From NCBI GenBank assembly GCA_964534745.1, contig CAZHQW010000003.1:16016-80015 (forward strand): 64,000 nucleotides of DNA, read 5' to 3'. Origin of the DNA: an uncultured Bacteroidales bacterium (lineage in GTDB: Bacteria; Bacteroidota; Bacteroidia; Bacteroidales; UBA10428). A model generated the notes under the pieces. It searched no databases. It saw only the letters and a list, made by a program, of their open reading frames with translations, and was not told the DNA's origin. Shown here in pieces: positions 58,969 to 64,000 of the stretch (the stretch's first letter is position 1; each line of letters begins with the position of its first letter). Made by a program: the position numbers and the translations under genes.

Positions 58969-59820
58969 TTACATTTTAGCCCTTACTTTATTTATATAGT
59001 CGGCAGCAAGTTTTTCATTGCTTGTATTAATAACTCCTATCAGGTAATTTGAACTTAAGGCCATAAATACCGTCCCGTTAAAAAGATCCTGAATAATATA
59101 TATACCATCCTCAACGGTTATTTTATCTTCATTAAGCTGATCAGTATAACTTTGCAGCATTGAGGAGGCCTCTGATTCACCGGACAGTCTGATAATGAAC
59201 ATCTTAAACTTTTCCGGCATATCATATTCGGCAGTGAAGGCCGAATATAAAACACTGTAGCCAAGGAAGTCTCTTGCTATGTAACTTTCGGTGTTGGCAG
59301 CCTTCCCTTCTTCAGGAAAAAGTCCGAGAACAGGGGGCCAGTTATTATCTGTCTCCAGCGCATCGATTAACGCTACAGCAATTTCGAGGAATGCTTCCTT
59401 GCCAGCTAAAGGTTTGCCGGCTGAGGACATCTTTACATAATACTGTCCGCTTAAGAAGTTAAGTATACCTGATTCATAGTAACCCTGCACGCCGACATCA
59501 ACAAAACTATAATCGGCCATTCTCTCGGCGCTATAAATGCCAAAGGCATTTTCAGGTGTGCTGTGCCTGTATAGTTCCACATTTATTTTTTTACCTTCAC
59601 TATCGGTATAGGTGGCGATAAATAAATTTTCAAAGTCGTAAGCAAGGTAAATATCTGCAGCACCGTCAATATATTCCCACAGTGTATAATTGTCATATAC
59701 AACATCGTTTATTTCCCTGTCCCATCCTTTTATGGAAGGAAAGATATTGCGGGGATTAGTATGGACAGCTGTCAGTGGCAGCAAGCAGAATAACGAAAGG
59801 ATTAGCAGATGTTTTTTCAT
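58969..59820 (-). CDS. secreted hypothetical protein
   Basis: Signal peptide MKKHLLILSLFCLLPLTAV; 283 aa. No family confidently recognised. Confidence 0.6.
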   Translation of the reverse strand: MKKHLLILSLFCLLPLTAVHTNPRNIFPSIKGWDREINDVVYDNYTLWEYIDGAADIYLAYDFENLFIATYTDSEGKKINVELYRHSTPENAFGIYSAERMADYSFVDVGVQGYYESGILNFLSGQYYVKMSSAGKPLAGKEAFLEIAVALIDALETDNNWPPVLGLFPEEGKAANTESYIARDFLGYSVLYSAFTAEYDMPEKFKMFIIRLSGESEASSMLQSYTDQLNEDKITVEDGIYIIQDLFNGTVFMALSSNYLIGVINTSNEKLAADYINKVRAKM

Positions 59821-59950
59821 TTTGCAGAAGTTTACGGATTACTAAATTATAAAATTATTCAATACTTAAGGCAAGGGGGGTTGCTCTTTGTGATTAAGCG
59901 CTGGTTGAAAACTTTTAAAAAATTAATCCCCGGGTTCCTTAAAAACATAA

Positions 59951-59958
59951 TAGTTTTG
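59951..59958 (+). promoter_or_regulatory. Bacteroidota -7 promoter box (TAGTTTTG) immediately upstream of the serine hydrolase gene
   Basis: Exact TAnnTTTG match ending 4 nt before the ATG at 59963. Confidence 0.35.
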
Positions 59959-59962
59959 GCAT

Positions 59963-61177
59963 ATGCGGAAAAGGGTAATGCATATAGGGTTTATATTATT
60001 CTGTTTCCTCGTGTTTTTTTCCCTGAATAACAGTCCCGACTATTCCGGAGCAACAGACAGCAGGGATACGAACTACAATGCTGCTGAAATGCGGAGACTA
60101 TCGGTGGATTTTGACAGTATTGTAAAGAGTTATGACGGGTTTTTTTCCAGGGAATTTAAGGAAAGCGGGGGACCGGGGGCTGCAGTTACAATTGTCAGCG
60201 ACAAGGGTTTCAGGTGGACAAGGGGTTATGGAGTGAAGGAGGCGGACAGCGATGATTCCGTGGATATACATACTGTTTTCAGGACAGGGTCTGTTTCCAA
60301 GGGATTTGCGGCCGTGCTGACAGGCATGCTTGTATCTGACAGTGTGCTGGGGTGGGATGACAGGGTGAAAGCGCACATTCCCGGGTTTTCACTGAAAGAC
60401 TCTGTAAATACGCGGGAACTGACTATCCGTCATATTCTGAGTCACACGTCGGGGCTTCCCAGACATACATTTACCAATCTGCTTGACCAGGATGTGCCCT
60501 ATGATGATATTGTCAGTATGCTCGCTGATGTTCCTGCAATTAGCGGTCCGGGCGAAGTATACAGTTACCAGAATGTAGTTTTCAGCCTATTAGGTGACAT
60601 AGTAAGGAACCGGACAGGCAAATGCTATAACTCTTTGATTGTGGAAGAGATATTTGAGCCCCTGGAAATGGGGGATGCATCGACAGATTATTATAGCCTG
60701 GTCACCGGCAGAAACATTGCACTGCCTCACACTGCAGCAGGAAATACTTACAGGAAGAGGAAGAACAGCGGGCGCTATTATTCAGTTTCTCCGGCATCAG
60801 GTATAAATATGAGTATTTCTGATATGTCAAAGTGGCTTCAGGCATTGCTTGGCAGTAATCCCGATATCATAAAGCCGGAAATACTTGATGAGATATTCAG
60901 GCCCCATATAAGGACATATATAAAGTACAAATACCGGGGGCACTGGAAAGGGCTGGGCAATCTTTACTATGGTCTGGGCTGGCGTATTTTCGAGTGCCAG
61001 GGGAAGCAAATAGTATACCACGGAGGATACGTTAATGGTTACAGGGCCGAGGTCGCATTGCTACCCTCAGAGGGTATTGGAATAGCGGTTTTTCTAAACT
61101 CATCATCACAACTTGGATATAAGTGCATTCCCGGATTCTTTGATATATTTTTTGAAAAACAGCAAATCCCGGAATAA
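59963..61177 (+). CDS. serine hydrolase of the beta-lactamase/PBP (class C-like) family
   Basis: S-x-x-K motif (GSVSKGF), Y-x-N (YSYQN) and a signal peptide; 404 aa. The start may instead be the ATG at 59978. Confidence 0.85.
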   Translation: MRKRVMHIGFILFCFLVFFSLNNSPDYSGATDSRDTNYNAAEMRRLSVDFDSIVKSYDGFFSREFKESGGPGAAVTIVSDKGFRWTRGYGVKEADSDDSVDIHTVFRTGSVSKGFAAVLTGMLVSDSVLGWDDRVKAHIPGFSLKDSVNTRELTIRHILSHTSGLPRHTFTNLLDQDVPYDDIVSMLADVPAISGPGEVYSYQNVVFSLLGDIVRNRTGKCYNSLIVEEIFEPLEMGDASTDYYSLVTGRNIALPHTAAGNTYRKRKNSGRYYSVSPASGINMSISDMSKWLQALLGSNPDIIKPEILDEIFRPHIRTYIKYKYRGHWKGLGNLYYGLGWRIFECQGKQIVYHGGYVNGYRAEVALLPSEGIGIAVFLNSSSQLGYKCIPGFFDIFFEKQQIPE

Positions 61178-61179
61178 TT

Positions 61180-61926
61180 ATGTTAAATACAATAATTAAA
61201 TTATTATATATTTATCTCGGGCTGAGTTGTTTAGGGGCATTGGCGCAGGATCGGGGCGAAAGGGTAATCGGACTCCAGGAAGCACTGGCTTTGGCTGCCA
61301 CAAATTTGAATGATACAATTTCCGATGTTTATGCCGCTGACATAAAGTCAGAATATTACAGGTGGATTTACGGGCATAACAGGTTAAAGGTCATGGATGA
61401 AAAGAGGGCATTGTGCGGGTTATTAATGGAGAAAAGCTTGCTGCACTATGAATTAGGGGAGACAGACGTAGCAGGCAGGTTGCTGCCGTACATCGATTAT
61501 TTGGAAGCTGAATCGCAGTATGCAGATGCCGTCTATGATGTAAGAATTTCGGAGAATAAGTTAAAGAAGATTTTATTTACGGGGGATAGTCTTATACCTG
61601 AGAGTGACAGTCTTGTTAAATATTGTCTGGCAGATTATCATGATTTTACGAAGAATAGAGAGCGGGCGGAGCCGGAGCTACTGCTGAAGAAGTATGAGGA
61701 TCAGCTTGCATATTACGAAAAGATACTGGGCCTTTCGAAGCGCCTTGTTCAGGTGGCCGGGGACCGGTATGAAAATGAAGATATTGAATATTGCGCTTAT
61801 GCCGGCATGGTTGGCCGTGCCCTGGATTTAAGGCTTGAATACCTTAATATCCTTAACTTATACAACCAGGCTGCGATTAGAAAGGAGTTATATTTGAATA
61901 AAATTCCGAATAATGAAAAATATTAG
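61180..61926 (+). CDS. short TolC/CzcC-like outer-membrane efflux protein (about half the usual length)
   Basis: Signal peptide. The N-terminal LQEALALAATNLND segment and the C-terminal DRYENEDIEY...LEYLNILNLYNQAAIRKELY resemble OEP-family ends, but the protein is only 248 aa. Confidence 0.55.
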   Translation: MLNTIIKLLYIYLGLSCLGALAQDRGERVIGLQEALALAATNLNDTISDVYAADIKSEYYRWIYGHNRLKVMDEKRALCGLLMEKSLLHYELGETDVAGRLLPYIDYLEAESQYADAVYDVRISENKLKKILFTGDSLIPESDSLVKYCLADYHDFTKNRERAEPELLLKKYEDQLAYYEKILGLSKRLVQVAGDRYENEDIEYCAYAGMVGRALDLRLEYLNILNLYNQAAIRKELYLNKIPNNEKY

Positions 61927-62746
61927 TTATGTTTTCATACTGTTGTTTTCTATTTCCTGCCAGAGGGAGCACATTGAAAAGGCTGAAGATGAAACATCAA
62001 CTGCTGCCGCATCGGAAGTCCGCGATACTTTTATCTGCAGCGGGTATTTTACACTTCATCCTGCCAGGCTTGCAACAGTGACGGCCCCAATCAACGGTTT
62101 TATAAAGAAGATGTATTATAACAACGGTGATTATGTAAAAAAAGGGGCTCTGCTGGCAGTTTTAACACACCAGGATTATATAAAGATACAGAGGGATTAT
62201 CTCGAGGCCAGGAGCCAGGCAGATTACTATACTGAAGATTTTAAGAGGCAGGGTGAACTGACACTTGAACATGCATCATCTATCAAGAGAATGCAAAGGG
62301 CACAGTCCGATTACTGGGCTAATGAGGCCAGGTTAAGGGCTCTGAAGGCCCAGCTGGATTATATTGGCATAGATGCCGAAAAAGTGGTAAAGGAGGGATT
62401 TACAAACACTATTAACATTTATGCCCCTGTCAGCGGATATATTATAAAAACAGAAGGCAACACCGGCAAGTTTATTGACTCATATGCATTTATTTATGAG
62501 ATAGCTGATATCAATGAGCTGCTTATAAGCTTTGAACTGCCGTGCGCTTTATATGACAGGATATATAAAGATATGCATATAGACTTTTCCGTTAAAGGGC
62601 TGGAAGGGCCGGTTTCAGGGGCAACGGTTAAAAGCATAGGCCAGGTTTTTAATGTACGTACAAATACGGTCGATATTATTGCAAAGCCAGATTCCGCAAA
62701 CAAATCATTCAGGCCGGGAATGAATGTCGAAGTGGTTATTGAGTAA
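61913..62746 (+). CDS. short periplasmic adaptor (membrane fusion protein, CzcB/HlyD-like) lipoprotein
   Basis: Lipobox-like FSISC. Lipoyl-like hairpins (VTAPINGFIKKMYYNNGDYVKKGALLAVL ... IYAPVSGYIIK) and a beta-barrel region ending in PGMNVEVVIE. At 277 aa it seems to lack the usual membrane-proximal C-terminal domain. Confidence 0.7.
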   Translation: MKNISYVFILLFSISCQREHIEKAEDETSTAAASEVRDTFICSGYFTLHPARLATVTAPINGFIKKMYYNNGDYVKKGALLAVLTHQDYIKIQRDYLEARSQADYYTEDFKRQGELTLEHASSIKRMQRAQSDYWANEARLRALKAQLDYIGIDAEKVVKEGFTNTINIYAPVSGYIIKTEGNTGKFIDSYAFIYEIADINELLISFELPCALYDRIYKDMHIDFSVKGLEGPVSGATVKSIGQVFNVRTNTVDIIAKPDSANKSFRPGMNVEVVIE

Positions 62747-62808
62747 CTTCCTTTAGCATAAACAGATTAATTTTTTGTTACATTCTATCAATCAAAATAT
62801 AGTTGTTG

Positions 62809-62816
62809 TATATTTG
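62809..62816 (+). promoter_or_regulatory. Bacteroidota -7 promoter box (TATATTTG)
   Basis: Exact TAnnTTTG match 47 nt upstream of the ATG at 62863. Confidence 0.45.
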
Positions 62817-62862
62817 TTAGAAATAATTTTTATTGACCCTAATCAATTAATTATTACTTTAT

Positions 62863-63786
62863 ATGGAAACATCTAATAATCAAACAAAAGAGACCAAGGA
62901 CCCCAGATATGGCAGTCCTGACCAGAGAACCCGCCTGGTTCTTATAATTGTGATAGCTGCTCTCGCTGTCCTCATAGTTGTTATGGGAGTTTTCTTATAC
63001 AGGTTTTCCAGGGATCTTAAGAAAACCGAAGAAGCGAATATGTTGCTGAAGGAGCAGAAGGTCGAGCTGGAAGCTAAACTAAACGGACTGATTGTCGAAT
63101 ATGACTCATTAATGACCACCAATGACAGCATAAACAAGCTGCTGTCGGTCGAGCAGGAAAAGATCAGGAGGCTTCTTAAATACAGGGCTTCAGATGCCAC
63201 AAAGATAAAAATGTATACTAAGGAGCTGGAAACCTTGCGTGCCGTAATGAGAAGCTACATCGTGCAGATTGATTCACTTAATATGAGAAACCAGGAGCTT
63301 ACTGCCGAAAATGTTATGGTAAGGTCAAGGTTGCGTGAGGTAGAAACTGACAGGGACGAACTGTCAAAGCAGACAGAGCTGTTAAGTTCACAGGTCCAGT
63401 TAGCATCGGTACTTACGGCCAAGAATGTGGTTGTCAGTCCCCTTAACAAGAATAGCAAAGTAAAAGACAAGGTAAGTAAAGTTGAAAAGATAAAGGTATG
63501 TTTTACTATAAGGGAGAATAGTGTAGCTGAGCCGGGACCGAGGGATGTTTACATGAGGATAATAAGGCCCGACGATGTTGTGCTTGCTTCTGATGCAGAC
63601 AATCTTTTTGAATACAACGGAGAGATGATTGTATATTCGGCAGTGAGGGAACTTGAATATGAAAATAAGGATATTGACATGTGTATTTTCTGGGATAGCG
63701 CGGAGACATTGATACCGGGAATATATACTGTTATTCTTTATTCCGAAGGTTATGAAATAGGATATACCACATTTGCATTAAAATAG
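62863..63786 (+). CDS. membrane-anchored coiled-coil protein of unknown function
   Basis: One TM helix (LVLIIVIAALAVLIVVMGVFLY), a ~150-aa heptad-like region, then a beta-rich C-terminal domain. No family recognised. Confidence 0.6.
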   Translation: METSNNQTKETKDPRYGSPDQRTRLVLIIVIAALAVLIVVMGVFLYRFSRDLKKTEEANMLLKEQKVELEAKLNGLIVEYDSLMTTNDSINKLLSVEQEKIRRLLKYRASDATKIKMYTKELETLRAVMRSYIVQIDSLNMRNQELTAENVMVRSRLREVETDRDELSKQTELLSSQVQLASVLTAKNVVVSPLNKNSKVKDKVSKVEKIKVCFTIRENSVAEPGPRDVYMRIIRPDDVVLASDADNLFEYNGEMIVYSAVRELEYENKDIDMCIFWDSAETLIPGIYTVILYSEGYEIGYTTFALK

Positions 63787-63813
63787 TTTTAGGCGGTGTG
63801 GTTTATAATAAAG

Positions 63814-63850
63814 GGACTGCATCTAATCAAACGATGCAGTCCGTTTTTTA
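63814..63850 (+). terminator. rho-independent terminator
   Basis: Perfect 10-bp stem GGACTGCATC / GATGCAGTCC with a 9-nt loop, followed by GTTTTTTA. Confidence 0.75.
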
Positions 63851-63871
63851 TTAACAAAGATTTTTATTGTT

Positions 63872-64000
63872 ATGAGAATAGGAATTGTAATAGGAAGGAT
63901 TGGGGGCGTGGACGGTGTTGCTCTTGAGACAGAAAAGTGGATAGAGGTTCTGAAGAGGATGGGCCATGAAGTATTCATATTGTCAGGCCAGTATGAGGAG
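63872..64000 (+). CDS. glycosyltransferase N-terminus (GT-B/GT4-like), 3' end outside the window
   Basis: ATG at 63872 with an open frame to the window edge: MRIGIVIGRIGGVDGVALETEKWIEVLKRMGHEVFILSGQYEE. This is a typical GT-B N-terminal beta-strand plus glycine loop, and it resembles residues ~59-100 of the 1393-aa ORF. Confidence 0.6.
   Translation, partial: MRIGIVIGRIGGVDGVALETEKWIEVLKRMGHEVFILSGQYEE

Noticed and set aside
59963-62746. Apparent GC elevation suggesting a horizontally acquired island
   Set aside because: Hand counts of single 60-nt lines gave 38-50% here. They gave 53% in the core carboxyltransferase gene and ~37-40% in other genes. The variation therefore tracks individual genes and is not island-specific. 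No integrase, tRNA or direct repeats flank the region. A sliding-window GC and codon-usage calculation would be needed.
1-64000. Search for CRISPR arrays, tRNA/rRNA genes, transposases, integrases, restriction-modification or other defence genes
   Set aside because: I saw no regularly spaced direct repeats, no tRNA-like cloverleaf candidates in the intergenic spacers, and no ORF with recombinase, nuclease-helicase or methyltransferase motifs. A tRNAscan-SE, Infernal and DefenseFinder run would confirm this.

Overview
This 64 kb window looks like a gene-dense (~90% coding) stretch of core chromosome from a low-GC Bacteroidota genome. Three things support that: a type IX secretion C-terminal sorting domain, repeated TAnnTTTG (-7) promoter boxes upstream of genes with almost no Shine-Dalgarno sequences, and typical Bacteroidota families (GH3-like, MORN-variant/YwqK, DUF2179, DUF819). 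Most genes are housekeeping. They include a Leloir galactose cluster (galK, Na+/sugar symporter, galT, galM), DNA replication and repair (polA, uvrC, ruvB, xth, dut), translation and RNA modification (pheS, mnmG, ybeY, rsgA), cofactor and central metabolism (nadA, rpiB, polyprenyl synthase), and a three-gene biotin-dependent acyl-CoA carboxylase. Envelope functions are also present: S41 protease, M23/EnvC-like, TPR, flippase, MATE, and TonB-like proteins. I found no rRNA, tRNA, CRISPR array, transposase, integrase or recognisable defence genes. The most unusual element is a 1393-aa ORF with no signal peptide (50057-54238). It fuses a GT-B (GT4-like, EX7E) glycosyltransferase, a ~450-aa module I cannot assign, and a C-terminal NAGPA/DUF2233-like phosphodiester glycosidase domain, and it is tightly coupled to a MORN/TonB_C protein. 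Other items worth a second look:
- a minus-strand string of unassigned envelope proteins (HExxH + PD40 + barrel-like 974-aa protein; unknown 253-aa protein; AttH-like T9SS cargo whose conserved N-terminus has no canonical start codon)
- a duplicated perfect palindrome TTCCACGTGGAA between mnmG and uvrC
- a serine-hydrolase / half-length TolC-like / short adaptor operon with no pump
- scattered orphan partner-switching components (DUF1987/SiaC-like; RsbW-like kinase)

All family calls come from reading motifs by eye. No database search was run.
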